Shown: positions 27,487-37,671 of the stretch, in pieces
Position numbering within the stretch: position 1 is the stretch's first letter
How the letters are laid out: each line of letters begins with the position of its first letter
Position numbers and translations under genes: made by a program
The notes under the pieces: generated by a model
The model's input: only the letters and a program-made list of their open reading frames with translations
What the model was told of the DNA's origin: nothing
The model's database searches: none
From: a virus
Lineage: Duplodnaviria; Caudoviricetes
Length of the DNA: 55,869 nt
Direction: 5' to 3' (one strand)
Virus record (IMG/VR): IMGVR_UViG_3300012347_000446
Location: 1 to 55,869 of that record

Positions 27487-27785
27487 GTAATGGTTTTTCA
27501 ATAACGTCTGGCACAGGTACATTTGTTTCTATTGATAGTTCTAATGATGCAGTAGGTGTATTTTTAGATACTTTTTTCGTTCCATATAATACTAATGTTA
27601 CTAGATCTTACCCTAATTTTTATGGGTCAAAATTATTTACAATAATTACACAACAAGATAGAACAAAAGCAAACCCTCCTAGCACTAGTATTAATAATAC
27701 TACAAAAACAGTTAGTGTTACTTCTACAACTCAAGCTGCTGCCGCAAGGCAGTCTGGGCTATACGTTACAGTATTAGGAAAATAA
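27483..27785 (+). CDS. Small tail tip accessory protein
   Basis: ATGA overlap with the fibre gene; beta-rich. Confidence 0.55.
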   Translation: MSNGFSITSGTGTFVSIDSSNDAVGVFLDTFFVPYNTNVTRSYPNFYGSKLFTIITQQDRTKANPPSTSINNTTKTVSVTSTTQAAAARQSGLYVTVLGK

Positions 27786-27787
27786 AT

Positions 27788-28477
27788 ATGGCATATGGTA
27801 TAAATTTATTAAATTCTGTTGGAGATATTATGTTTTCTACTGAATACATGGCCTATCATTATGTCGGTAAATTTACAGCTGTAAATACGGTATCTTTTCA
27901 GTGTCAGGCGTCTTTTAGTTGTGTAGGTACTCCTATTATATTTATTGATGGTTTTTCTGGCACTGCCTCGGTAACTTTAACTCAGCTAACTAATACTAGT
28001 GGAAATAATTGGACAGCCACAGTTACAGGAAGAACACTAGCTAACGTAGGACTTACTAGCATAGATATATATGTATTTGCCTTCCCTAGTGCAAACTCCA
28101 GTTCCGGGTATGGTATTATAGCAAAAAATACTTCTGGAAGCGCTACCTTAAATACCGACCAAAAACTGTTAAAAATATCTGGAAGTTATCAAACTGTAGT
28201 AGAGTCCTCTACAACTACAAATGTACCTCCTAGTAAAGCTATTAACTTTGGTACCATTCCTGCCAACTATATAGTGTGCGCGCCTACACTTGGAGAAATA
28301 CTTAGCCCAAACGGACCTAATACATTGTTGTTAGCAGCAGGCGCTTATCGAGTAAATTCTACTACTATAGGTTTTTGGCCTACTTATATTTATACCGCTA
28401 CTGCGCCGGTAGGCCCAGCTTATAGAATGTACGAGCAGCAATACGTACTATTTGCAGATAAAACCTTGTATGCCTAA
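27788..28477 (+). CDS. Tail tip accessory protein
   Basis: Repeated YGI-x-N-x-G motif typical of genes following J-like fibres. Confidence 0.55.
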   Translation: MAYGINLLNSVGDIMFSTEYMAYHYVGKFTAVNTVSFQCQASFSCVGTPIIFIDGFSGTASVTLTQLTNTSGNNWTATVTGRTLANVGLTSIDIYVFAFPSANSSSGYGIIAKNTSGSATLNTDQKLLKISGSYQTVVESSTTTNVPPSKAINFGTIPANYIVCAPTLGEILSPNGPNTLLLAAGAYRVNSTTIGFWPTYIYTATAPVGPAYRMYEQQYVLFADKTLYA

Positions 28478-28536
28478 GTATATACAAATGGTTATTTTAA
28501 AACAACTAAGTAACTTAGTACTAAACAAGGAATTCA

Positions 28537-29250
28537 ATGGCAAATTTAAGATTAATACACACTAACAGGCTAACACAAGTAGCGGGTAGTGCTACGCACC
28601 CCGCTACCAATGACTTTAAGTCTCAAAGTGCAACTGGCACAAGTTTTGTGTTAACCACCGGAGCTGTAAGTGGTAATGTGGCTATTGTTGCCTACTTACC
28701 AGAGCATACTGGCTCGATAACAATGACTGTTACAGGCTTACCAGCAGTAACTGAGGCCACAACCAGCGCAACCGCCAGCCTACCGGCTGGATACGGCGGC
28801 GGCAAGTACGTTGTGGTATATGCCACAGGCCTGGCCAGTACTACTAGTTTTACAGTAACATTTAACACCAGCGTAAAAGTCAGCCGTTTTATTGTAGGCA
28901 ACTACTGGAGTCCGCAGTACAACATACCTTTTGGTGTTAGTGTTGGTTACACAGACACAACAACATCAGAGCGACTTCAGGGCGGGGACTTGTATTCTAC
29001 GCCAGGGCCTCGACACAAAACACTACAGTTTGAACTACAGTACTTAACCGACACAGACAAGTTTGAGTTTTTTAGTATCTTAAAAACTGTTGGCAAATCT
29101 GGTTGCGTTTTTGTATCAGTATTTCCCGAGGACACCGACAAGCCCCGCGAACAAATGTACTCAATATACGGTAAACTAAGCGACCTTAGTGCAATTGCAT
29201 ACGCTCAGTATACACGTTATACAAGTTCAGTTCAACTAGAAGAATTTTAA
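28537..29250 (+). CDS. Distal tail (Dit)-like protein
   Basis: GNYWSPQYN...YTDTT...GG...RHKTLQFEL pattern and terminal QLEEF. Confidence 0.5.
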   Translation: MANLRLIHTNRLTQVAGSATHPATNDFKSQSATGTSFVLTTGAVSGNVAIVAYLPEHTGSITMTVTGLPAVTEATTSATASLPAGYGGGKYVVVYATGLASTTSFTVTFNTSVKVSRFIVGNYWSPQYNIPFGVSVGYTDTTTSERLQGGDLYSTPGPRHKTLQFELQYLTDTDKFEFFSILKTVGKSGCVFVSVFPEDTDKPREQMYSIYGKLSDLSAIAYAQYTRYTSSVQLEEF

Positions 29251-29257
29251 AAATCAC

Positions 29258-29288
29258 ATACCCTGGCTAATACCCAGGGTATTTTTTT
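29258..29288 (+). terminator. Terminator
   Basis: ATACCCTGG/CCAGGGTAT plus T run. Confidence 0.8.
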
Positions 29289-29291
29289 ACG

Positions 29292-29320
29292 TTGACTTTG
29301 TTGTGCTGGTGTGCTATAAT
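29292..29320 (+). promoter_or_regulatory. Promoter for the side-fibre/lysis operon
   Basis: TTGACT-17-TGcTATAAT. Confidence 0.8.
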
Positions 29321-29442
29321 ATATCAAAATGTCGGTAGTCTCCTATTTTTACGTTAAAAAGGGGTTGCGCTGAATCACAATCAGTTAAATAAACTTAGTG
29401 GCTGTGAGGTTTACAGCCAGCATATAATAGGAGAACTAACAT

Positions 29443-29805
29443 ATGTTAGAATCTAATTTTGAGCAAAACTTACAAGCTACTAGCCTAATTGCAATAGCAG
29501 TAATGGCGGTTTTTATAGGTGCGCAAAAAATCTTGAAAAATTGGCGAAGCACTGAAGCAGAAACATCAATTATAACTCTTATGCACACAGAATTAGAGCG
29601 TATGAGTGAGCAGAATACAAAGCTTAGCTTAGAACTTGGCAGGCTGCATTCGGAAATAATTGCACTAAACAATGAGCTGCAAAAGTTAACTGCTGAAAAC
29701 CAGCATTTACGCACTGAAGTAAGCGCACTTACACAAGAAGTAAGCAAGTTCAAGCGGCTATCAGAAACACAGAAAGGTACTGCAAATGCAACCCGCAAAA
29801 CTTAA
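29443..29805 (+). CDS. Membrane-anchored coiled-coil protein
   Basis: One N-terminal TM helix plus leucine heptads; AGGAGA SD. Confidence 0.7.
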   Translation: MLESNFEQNLQATSLIAIAVMAVFIGAQKILKNWRSTEAETSIITLMHTELERMSEQNTKLSLELGRLHSEIIALNNELQKLTAENQHLRTEVSALTQEVSKFKRLSETQKGTANATRKT

Positions 29806-30379
29806 TTACAAAATATATCAAGGAAGTACTTTTCAAGAAAGCTACCGTTGGGAATCAGAAACAAAAGTTTATGTACCGATTTCAGCTATTGCTAAAAGTG
29901 CTCCATGTGTTATAACAACAACTCAAGCTCATGCTATACCACAAGGCTGGAGAGTCCGGGTAGTTGGAGCCGGTGGTATGAAAGAGCTAAACAGCGTTGG
30001 AGATGCTTACCATCTAGTAACAAGCGTTACCGATTCTACAGTTACCCTAAATCAGGTAAATAGCTTAGGTTACACTGTCTACACTAGTGGCGGTGTTTTA
30101 GAATACAACCAGCCTGTTCCATTAACAGGTTATAATGCGCGTATGCAAATTCGCGAAACTGTAGATAGTCCCACAACTTTATACTCAACTACCAGCATTG
30201 CTGGTGACCTTACAGTAGATACCACACTAAACACTATTATGATTACTATTCCTGCAAGTGTAACGCAGGCATTTGATTTTACCACCGCAGTATACAGCCT
30301 TGAATTGTATACTGCAGCCGGATTGGTAGTACCGTTTTTAGCAGGTAACTTAACCTTGGTACCGGAGGTAACAAGATGA
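29786..30379 (+). CDS. Fibre collar/adaptor (T5 p132/LtfC-like beta-sandwich) with an inserted FCCH-like domain
   Basis: YQGSTF...PLTGYNARMQIR...AVYSLEL framing ISAIAKSAPCVITT...GGMKELN. Confidence 0.55.
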   Translation: MQPAKLNYKIYQGSTFQESYRWESETKVYVPISAIAKSAPCVITTTQAHAIPQGWRVRVVGAGGMKELNSVGDAYHLVTSVTDSTVTLNQVNSLGYTVYTSGGVLEYNQPVPLTGYNARMQIRETVDSPTTLYSTTSIAGDLTVDTTLNTIMITIPASVTQAFDFTTAVYSLELYTAAGLVVPFLAGNLTLVPEVTR

Positions 30380-30639
30380 CTGAAACTGTAGTTGTAGAAA
30401 AAGCGCACACAGTTATCTCTGACCAAAAACCACAAACAATCGTCACACAAAATACCAGCGTACAAACAATTGTAACAGGTATAATGGGCCCTCCAGGAGT
30501 AACAACCCTAAGTGGTGCTACTGACGTAGATAAAACACAGCTAACTGATGGGGCGGTGCTTGTTTATAAAGCAGATACGTCTATTTGGCGTGCTACAAAT
30601 AAATTAGATAACCAGATATTAGAAGCTGGTCAATTTTAA
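30376..30639 (+). CDS. Small fibre adaptor protein
   Basis: GPPG, DVD...DGAVLVY...W, C-terminal EAGQF. Confidence 0.55.
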   Translation: MTETVVVEKAHTVISDQKPQTIVTQNTSVQTIVTGIMGPPGVTTLSGATDVDKTQLTDGAVLVYKADTSIWRATNKLDNQILEAGQF

Positions 30640-30651
30640 AGGAATGATACA

Positions 30652-32538
30652 ATGGCATCTCTTATTAAGATAAAAAGATCAGAGGTTTCTGGTAATCCCG
30701 CAGTACTTGGTGCCGGCGAATTAGCTTACTCTGCTTTAGCCGATAACGGGTCAAATGGTGGTGACCGCCTATACATTGGTATGGGAACTGAAACAGCAGG
30801 CAATGCTGTTAATCACGTTGTAATTGGTGGTAAATATTTTACTGATCAAATTACTGCTGCCACAGCAGCAAATACAGCGTCAGCAATTGTTCGTCGTGAT
30901 GCGTCGGGTAACTTTGTAGCTGGTACAATTACTGCTGCTTTAACAGGTAACGCTGCAACCGCAACAAAGTGGGCTACAGCTCGTAACTTGAGCCTAACCG
31001 GTGATGCAACCGCAACATTGAGTGCTGTTGACGGATCTGCTGCTGTTAGTGCCGCAATTACATTAGCCACAGTTAACTCAAACGTTGGAAGTTTTGGTAG
31101 CGCCACTACTATTCCAGTTGTTACAGTTAACGCCAAAGGTTTGGTTACAGCCGTAAGTACTGCTTCAATTAGCACAACACTAAACGTTGCAGGCTCTACT
31201 GGCACAGGTACAATTGCACTGGCAACCGATACCCTGACAATTGCAGGTGGTACTGGTGTTACAAGTGCATACAATAACACCACAAAAACTACTACATTAA
31301 GTATTGGTCAAGCAGTTGGTACAACAGACAACGTAACTTTCAACAACGTTGCTGTTAACGGTACACTAAGTTCCGACGACATTACTGCTGCCAACATCAG
31401 CGTAGCAGGTAATGCAACCATTACCGGTAACTTAACTGTTCAAGGTACAACAACCACTATTAACTCCACAGCCGTTGCTGTTAGCGATGTTAATATTACA
31501 CTAGCCAAAGATGCTACCACAGCCGCTGCTGCCAATGGCGCAGGCTTAACAGTTGCTGGTCCAGCCGTACCTGCTACACTTACTTACACAAGCGCGGATG
31601 ATCGCTGGAACTTTAACAAAGGCCTAAACGTAGGTACTGTTTATGGTGCGCTAAGTGGTAACGCTACAACAGCTACCACACTACAAACTGCACGTAACAT
31701 CAACGGTGTAAGTTTTAACGGTAGTGCAGATATTACAATTACTGCAAATACCACAAATGCTTTAACAATTGGTACTGGACTAAGTGGTACCAGCTACAAC
31801 GGTTCTGCAGCAGTAACTATTGCTGTTGATGCAACAATTGCAAGACGCGCAGATGCTCTTTTTGTTGGTACTACATCAGTTGCCCTAAACCGCGCCAGCG
31901 CTAACCTTGCACTAACCGGTATTAGCAGTGTAACACTACCAGGTGCTACATCAGGTACAGTTCAACTTGTACCGGCCGCAGTTGCAGGTACAGCAGTAAT
32001 TACACTACCAGCCGTAACTGGTACAGTTGTAACAACAGGAGATACTGCTACAGTTACTAACACAATGCTGGCTGGCTCAATTGCCAATGCCAAGTTGGTG
32101 AACAGTAGTGTAACCATTGGTACAACAGCAATTGCCTTGGGTGCTTCTAGTACTACATTAGCAGGTTTAACAAGTGTTGCATCTACAAGTTTCACAGGTG
32201 CCTTAACTGGTAATGCTAGTACAGCCAGCGCACTGGCAACTGCTCGTGCTATTACAGCAACTGGTGACGCATCATGGACAGTTAACTTTGACGGATCAGC
32301 CGCTGTAAGTGCTGCACTTACACTAGCAACTGTTAACTCAAACGTTGGCGCTTTTGGTAGTGCTACAGCTGTACCCACAGTAACTGTTAATGCCAAAGGT
32401 TTGGTAACTGCGGTTTCTACCACAGCTATTCCAACAGCCACTACAAGTGTAAACGGTTTAGCAAGTTTTGATTCAACCATCTTTACTGTAACCGGTGGGC
32501 TGGTAACTGTTGCAACGCTGGACGGCGGAACATATTAA
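30652..32538 (+). CDS. Tail fibre protein 1
   Basis: IKIKRS...GELAY head motif, TATKWATAR-type repeats, internal duplication. Confidence 0.75.
   Translation: MASLIKIKRSEVSGNPAVLGAGELAYSALADNGSNGGDRLYIGMGTETAGNAVNHVVIGGKYFTDQITAATAANTASAIVRRDASGNFVAGTITAALTGNAATATKWATARNLSLTGDATATLSAVDGSAAVSAAITLATVNSNVGSFGSATTIPVVTVNAKGLVTAVSTASISTTLNVAGSTGTGTIALATDTLTIAGGTGVTSAYNNTTKTTTLSIGQAVGTTDNVTFNNVAVNGTLSSDDITAANISVAGNATITGNLTVQGTTTTINSTAVAVSDVNITLAKDATTAAAANGAGLTVAGPAVPATLTYTSADDRWNFNKGLNVGTVYGALSGNATTATTLQTARNINGVSFNGSADITITANTTNALTIGTGLSGTSYNGSAAVTIAVDATIARRADALFVGTTSVALNRASANLALTGISSVTLPGATSGTVQLVPAAVAGTAVITLPAVTGTVVTTGDTATVTNTMLAGSIANAKLVNSSVTIGTTAIALGASSTTLAGLTSVASTSFTGALTGNASTASALATARAITATGDASWTVNFDGSAAVSAALTLATVNSNVGAFGSATAVPTVTVNAKGLVTAVSTTAIPTATTSVNGLASFDSTIFTVTGGLVTVATLDGGTY
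31030..32420 (+). repeat. Diverged internal duplication in fibre 1 (about 31030-31160 vs 32290-32420)
   Basis: DGSAAVSAA[IL]TLATVNSNVG[SA]FGSAT..P.VTVNAKGLVTAVST twice, 1260 bp apart. Confidence 0.85.
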
Positions 32539-32586
32539 AAACTAGCAGGGCTTTTTAGCCTTGCTTAATTCCTTTTTAGGGCTAAC

Positions 32587-33951
32587 ATGGCAAGTAAGAT
32601 TGTTCTTAAAAAATCATCAGTAGCTAGTAAAGTACCACTAGCTGCTGATTTGGACTACGGAGAAGTAGCCCTTAATTACCAGGATGGTAAACTATACTTT
32701 AAAAAAGCCAATAACACTATTGATGCTTTTACTGCAACATTAACGTCTTCTGCAGTTACTACTGCCCTGGGATATACTCCACTATCTACTGGTGGTGGTA
32801 CTATAACTGGAGATATTACAGCCACAATGAATCAGGCTGTACATGGTTTTTCAACTTTACCTTCTGGGTATGTTGAAAGTAACCCACAAAACTTTAGATT
32901 TGACCAAGATGTTTTACGTTACGTAAACCGTAGAGCTGAAGCAGTAATTACTACTAGCGGATTTACCTTAGGTGAGGTAGACGTACTATTTAGCCAGTAT
33001 GCTTCTTTTGTTAATTTAAATGGTAAAGCTGATGGTAGCTATATTCAAATAGAAGGATTTTCTTTTAATAATAGCGCAAACGGTTACTGGTGGCCTTATA
33101 TATTTACACACGCAGGCAGCTATAGCGGTGCAAATATTACTATGGAAATTAAGACCAGCGGCTCTGCTAGCTGGCAAACATTATACACAGGTACTTTTGG
33201 AAGCTATAAAATTGCTAATATAGGTAGTATTGGTGGGTCTTTAACTGGAGTTAGATGGACATTTACTGGGCAAAGCACAGTTAATACTTATGTTAGGTAT
33301 TTAGGCGTTATTGGTAGAAATTCTGACGCGTATAACTGGAGTATAATGAAAGGCGGAGACACCATGTTTGGTGATCTGACTTTTGCTCCTGGTTACTCAG
33401 TACGTGCACCAATATTTTACGATTCAGCAAATCCTTCCTTTTATTTAGACCCTAATCAAACATCAGTATTATCTGGTTTAACATTAGCTAATACTGCTAC
33501 TTTTAATGGCAGCGCCGTTTTTAATAACACAGTCACTCACTCAGGACTTACACTTACAGACGGCACTAATGTTGACCAAGTAAAAACAATCACCAAGTCA
33601 ATAACACTGACTACTGATTGGCAAGATACTGGTATCAAATCAACTGATCTTGCAACAGGAACCTACATAGTTCAGCTTATTGCAAACGATAGTGGTAGTG
33701 GCGGTACCAACAACAACGAGTATTATTCAGGTACCATGAGTTGGTATAGTGGAGATACTAACTCGGCATTAGAAATGCCCACAGACGAAATAGTCTTGCA
33801 TCGTGCAGGAGCAAGCGGCGAAGGTGCTCTATATTTAAGAACATATAGAACACCTACCGCAGATGTTAATAACTTAAAACTTCAGATCTATTCAAACACA
33901 GCCAATGCGTCAGCCGCAAACTATGTGTTTAAATTTAGACGTATTATCTAA
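32587..33951 (+). CDS. Tail fibre protein 2
   Basis: IVLKKSSV...GEVALNYQDGKLYFK head; TALGYTP; RAPIFYDSAN motif. Confidence 0.7.
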   Translation: MASKIVLKKSSVASKVPLAADLDYGEVALNYQDGKLYFKKANNTIDAFTATLTSSAVTTALGYTPLSTGGGTITGDITATMNQAVHGFSTLPSGYVESNPQNFRFDQDVLRYVNRRAEAVITTSGFTLGEVDVLFSQYASFVNLNGKADGSYIQIEGFSFNNSANGYWWPYIFTHAGSYSGANITMEIKTSGSASWQTLYTGTFGSYKIANIGSIGGSLTGVRWTFTGQSTVNTYVRYLGVIGRNSDAYNWSIMKGGDTMFGDLTFAPGYSVRAPIFYDSANPSFYLDPNQTSVLSGLTLANTATFNGSAVFNNTVTHSGLTLTDGTNVDQVKTITKSITLTTDWQDTGIKSTDLATGTYIVQLIANDSGSGGTNNNEYYSGTMSWYSGDTNSALEMPTDEIVLHRAGASGEGALYLRTYRTPTADVNNLKLQIYSNTANASAANYVFKFRRII

Positions 33952-33963
33952 CAGGAGCATTAG

Positions 33964-35937
33964 ATGGCTTTTAAAATTAAAGACGGTGTACAGATAGGCA
34001 CCGTTAACGTATTCAATAATGCGGGTGCACTGCTAGTTAATGCGCCTTCCGCTACAGTTTTAGCAAATGCACGAACTATTGCTATTAGTGGGGCTGTAAC
34101 AGGTACTGCCACTAGTTTTGATGGTGGTGCAAATATTACAATCAGTGCTACAGCATTAGCTGCAGCCAACTTAAGCGGTACTATTCCAAGTGCTGTATTG
34201 GGTGCAAGCAGTGTATTTATTGGTAGTACCTCAGTTGCACTAAATCGCGCCACGGGTGCTCTAGCACTAACCGGCGTAAGCATTGACGGTAACGCCGGTA
34301 CGGTTACAAACGGTGTATACACAAACGGCAGTTATGCAGATCCTGCATGGATTACTAGCCTAGCAAAATCCAAAGTTGGTTTAGCAAACGTAGAAAACAC
34401 TGCACTAAGTACATGGGCTGGTAGTAGTAATATTACTACTATTGGTGCTGCTACTGCAACAAGTTTGGTGGTTAGTGGTAACTTAACTGTAAACGGTTCT
34501 ACAACCACAGTTAATTCCACAGTTACCACACTAGACGACCCAGTTATCACGCTTGGTGGCGATACCGCTCCAGCCAGTGATGACGGCAAAGATCGTGGTG
34601 TTGAATTCCGTTGGCACAATGGCACAGTTGCCAAAATTGGTTTCTTTGGTTTTGATGATAGTACAGGCAAGTTTACCTTTATTCCAGATGCCGCAAACGC
34701 ATCCGAAGTGTTCTCTGGCACAAAAGGTGTGCTTGATGCTTCTATTGAATGGGCTGACATTTTAAACAAACCAGCAGTAGGTACTGGTAGCGTTACAAGT
34801 GTAGCAATGACTGTGCCAACTGGTTTAACAGTTACTGGCTCACCAATTACCACATCAGGTACATTTGCAGTTACATTAACCGCCGGATACTCAATTCCAA
34901 CCACAGCTTCACAAACAAACTGGGATACGGCATTCACAGACCGTAACAAGTGGGACGGTGGCTCAACTGGTTTAACAGCATCCACAGGCCGTACTAGCCT
35001 AGGTGCTACAACAGTTGGTGGTAACTTATTTACACTTGCTAACCCAACAGCAGTTACGTTCTTGCGTGTTAATGCAGATAATACAGTAAGCACGCTAGAC
35101 GCTGCCACATTCCGTGGTGCAATTGGTGCAGGTACTAGCTCTACTGTAGGTACAGTAACAAGTGTTGGCGGTACAGGAACTGTTGCTGGTTTAACACTGT
35201 CTGGTACAGTTACTGCAAGTGGTAACTTGACTCTTGGGGGTACATTAAGCACTCCAGTTAGCACTATTAACGACAGTACAACACTAGGCCAAAACTTAGT
35301 TAAACTAGCTAACCCAGGTGCTGTTACCTTCTTGCGTGTTAATGCTGACAATACAGTAAACACACTGGATGCTGCTACATTCCGTACAGCTATTGGCGCT
35401 CAAGTTAGTGGCAGCTACTTGACCAGCTACACAGAAACGGATACCTTGGCAACTGTAACTGGTCGTGGGGCCACAACAGCCACAGCCATTACATTAACCA
35501 ACTCTACAAATGCAACCAGCAGTTCAACTGGTGCTTTAGTAATTACTGGTGGTTTGGCAGTTAATGCTAACGTATACGTAAAAGGTACGTTCTTGGATGC
35601 CAACAGCGCCGGTACTATTATTAGTGCTCGCGATACAGTTCAAGCCGTTGTAGCTACTACAACCGCAACTGCCGTAGATACTTGGGCAATTGCCACTTAT
35701 CGCGCAGTCAAGTACTTGGTACAAATTACTCAAGGCAGCAACTACCAGTTTTCTGAGATTGTAGTTGTACATAACGGTACTACTACAACAATGACTGAAT
35801 ACGCTGTTGTAGAAACAAACGGTGCGCTTGGTGCCTTTACAGCCGATGTAAGTGCCGGTAATGCTCGCTTGTTAATAACAATGGGCTCAGCAACTAGCGC
35901 AACAATCAACATTCAGCGCACACTAATGGTTGTGTAA
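33964..35937 (+). CDS. Tail fibre protein 3
   Basis: Thr/Gly/Ala-rich; GSVTSVA motifs; C-terminal YRAVKYLVQITQG...TEYA domain. Confidence 0.7.
   Translation: MAFKIKDGVQIGTVNVFNNAGALLVNAPSATVLANARTIAISGAVTGTATSFDGGANITISATALAAANLSGTIPSAVLGASSVFIGSTSVALNRATGALALTGVSIDGNAGTVTNGVYTNGSYADPAWITSLAKSKVGLANVENTALSTWAGSSNITTIGAATATSLVVSGNLTVNGSTTTVNSTVTTLDDPVITLGGDTAPASDDGKDRGVEFRWHNGTVAKIGFFGFDDSTGKFTFIPDAANASEVFSGTKGVLDASIEWADILNKPAVGTGSVTSVAMTVPTGLTVTGSPITTSGTFAVTLTAGYSIPTTASQTNWDTAFTDRNKWDGGSTGLTASTGRTSLGATTVGGNLFTLANPTAVTFLRVNADNTVSTLDAATFRGAIGAGTSSTVGTVTSVGGTGTVAGLTLSGTVTASGNLTLGGTLSTPVSTINDSTTLGQNLVKLANPGAVTFLRVNADNTVNTLDAATFRTAIGAQVSGSYLTSYTETDTLATVTGRGATTATAITLTNSTNATSSSTGALVITGGLAVNANVYVKGTFLDANSAGTIISARDTVQAVVATTTATAVDTWAIATYRAVKYLVQITQGSNYQFSEIVVVHNGTTTTMTEYAVVETNGALGAFTADVSAGNARLLITMGSATSATINIQRTLMVV
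35023..35400 (+). repeat. Duplicated module in fibre 3 (LANP.AVTFLRVNADNTV.TLDAATFR.AIGA), 270 bp apart
   Basis: Seen at protein and DNA level. Confidence 0.85.
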
Positions 35938-35982
35938 TACTGTGGGGCTTAGCGCCCCACTCTTTCGTGGATAGGGAAACGA

Positions 35983-37668
35983 ATGGCAAACGAGTTTAAA
36001 GTAAAAAATGGCATAAAGTTCCAGGACGGAACAATCCAAACAACCGCAGCAACTGGCGGAGGTGGTGGAGGCAGTTCAGCAATCACAATCAGTGATGCTG
36101 CACCAGGGTCTCCTACAGCAGGCATGCCCTGGTGGGATAGCACTGTTGGTAGTTTACGTATTTATTATAATGATGGTACTAGCTCACAGTGGGTTGACGC
36201 ATTTAACGCACAAGGTAACGCTGGTGTAGATGGTAAAAGCATTCTTAATGGTACTGTGGACCCTACTACTCAGGGCTTAGACGGGGATTTCTACATAAAT
36301 ACTGCTACAAAGTATTTTTTCGGACCCAAAGCCGCAGGAACATGGCCAGCCGGTACATACATGCTGGGCACCACACTGGTGTCTGTGGGTACAGCGCCAC
36401 CAACTTCTCCACTAAATGGCTCAACTTGGTGGGACAGCAACATTGGTAAATTGTTTATTAGTTACAATGATGGTACTAGCACACAGTGGGTTGGTGTTGC
36501 AAACGATCCGGGCACAGACGGTGTTGGAGTTGCCATAGGCGGTACAATCGGCCAAGCACTGGTAAAAAACAGTAGCACAGACTATGATACTACCTGGACT
36601 AGTATTATACCTTCAAGCGGTGTGGCTATTTCAGCAGGTAAGTTTAACACTTCAGCTACTAATCCCACTAACACTACTCGTTTAAATTACGAAGGTAACT
36701 TTTATGCTACCAGTTTAAATGGAAGCTTAACTGATACCTATATTACCTATACTAGCCGAGCAGCAAACTTGGTATTAGCAGCTCCAAATAATGCAGCAGG
36801 TGCCCCAACTTTTCGTAACCTAACACTAGAAGACTTGCCAGATGCTTGGGTTAAAAAGGCTGTTAAATGTGCTACTACCGCCAACATTACGCTTAGCGGA
36901 ACTCAAACCATTGATGCGATTGCAGTTGTTGCTGGCGACCGCGTACTAGTAAAAAATCAAAATACTGCATCTCAAAACGGTATTTATGTGGTTGCAGCTG
37001 GAAGCTGGACACGTGCACTTGATTCCGACACTGCCAGCGAATTAGCAGGTGCAATGGTAGCTGTGGATCAAGGTACTGTAAACGGCGGTAAAACCTATGA
37101 TTGCGACTTTAAGTCAACTGATACAGTGGGCACTACTGTAGTCACTTGGCACCGTATGCTGGACGATTCTGTTGCTGATCTTTACTATCGCAAAAATACT
37201 GCCACCAGTTTGTCCAGCAGTACTAGTGCACAATCTTGGCTAGGATTGACCAGTGGTGTAACTGTTACAGCCAGCACAATTTATGCGTTTGAAGGTAGTT
37301 TTCGCCTAACAACTAGTGGCACTACTTCTCATACAGAAAGCATACTGTTTGGCTTAACCTCTGCCACAGTAACAAACATGGATTACTCTGTTAATCGTTT
37401 TATTAACAGTACTACAGCCACTGCCCCACAAACTGTTCGAGGCACAGCAGTTACTGCACTTGTTGTAACTCCTGCAATTACAACAGCCCAAGATGTTACT
37501 TATTTTATCAAAGGCACGGTGGCATTTGGTACTGGCGGTAGCTTTAACCCGCAAATTCAGTTTTCTGCAGCACCTGGCGGTACATCCACTGTGATTCTTG
37601 GGGCTATGTTTAAAATGACTCCACTTGGCACAACCGGCTCTAACGCCATTAACGGAACATGGGCATAA
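35983..37668 (+). CDS. Tail fibre protein 4 / branching adaptor
   Basis: Two WWDS..G.L.I.YNDGTS.QWV modules; LSGTQTID...DRVLVKNQ...NGIY domain. Confidence 0.7.
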   Translation: MANEFKVKNGIKFQDGTIQTTAATGGGGGGSSAITISDAAPGSPTAGMPWWDSTVGSLRIYYNDGTSSQWVDAFNAQGNAGVDGKSILNGTVDPTTQGLDGDFYINTATKYFFGPKAAGTWPAGTYMLGTTLVSVGTAPPTSPLNGSTWWDSNIGKLFISYNDGTSTQWVGVANDPGTDGVGVAIGGTIGQALVKNSSTDYDTTWTSIIPSSGVAISAGKFNTSATNPTNTTRLNYEGNFYATSLNGSLTDTYITYTSRAANLVLAAPNNAAGAPTFRNLTLEDLPDAWVKKAVKCATTANITLSGTQTIDAIAVVAGDRVLVKNQNTASQNGIYVVAAGSWTRALDSDTASELAGAMVAVDQGTVNGGKTYDCDFKSTDTVGTTVVTWHRMLDDSVADLYYRKNTATSLSSSTSAQSWLGLTSGVTVTASTIYAFEGSFRLTTSGTTSHTESILFGLTSATVTNMDYSVNRFINSTTATAPQTVRGTAVTALVVTPAITTAQDVTYFIKGTVAFGTGGSFNPQIQFSAAPGGTSTVILGAMFKMTPLGTTGSNAINGTWA

Positions 37669-37671
37669 TAT

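Noticed and set aside
29436-29798. Antisense 120-aa ORF mirroring ORF 29443-29805
   Set aside because: The plus-strand ORF has the promoter, SD and TM/coiled-coil pattern; the mirror ORF has none
30846-35363. Long antisense ORFs (145, 172, 120, 343 aa) opposite the fibre genes, and similar ones opposite the TMP and capsid
   Set aside because: Shadow ORFs expected from Ala/Thr/Gly/Val codon bias; no SD, promoter or recognisable motif
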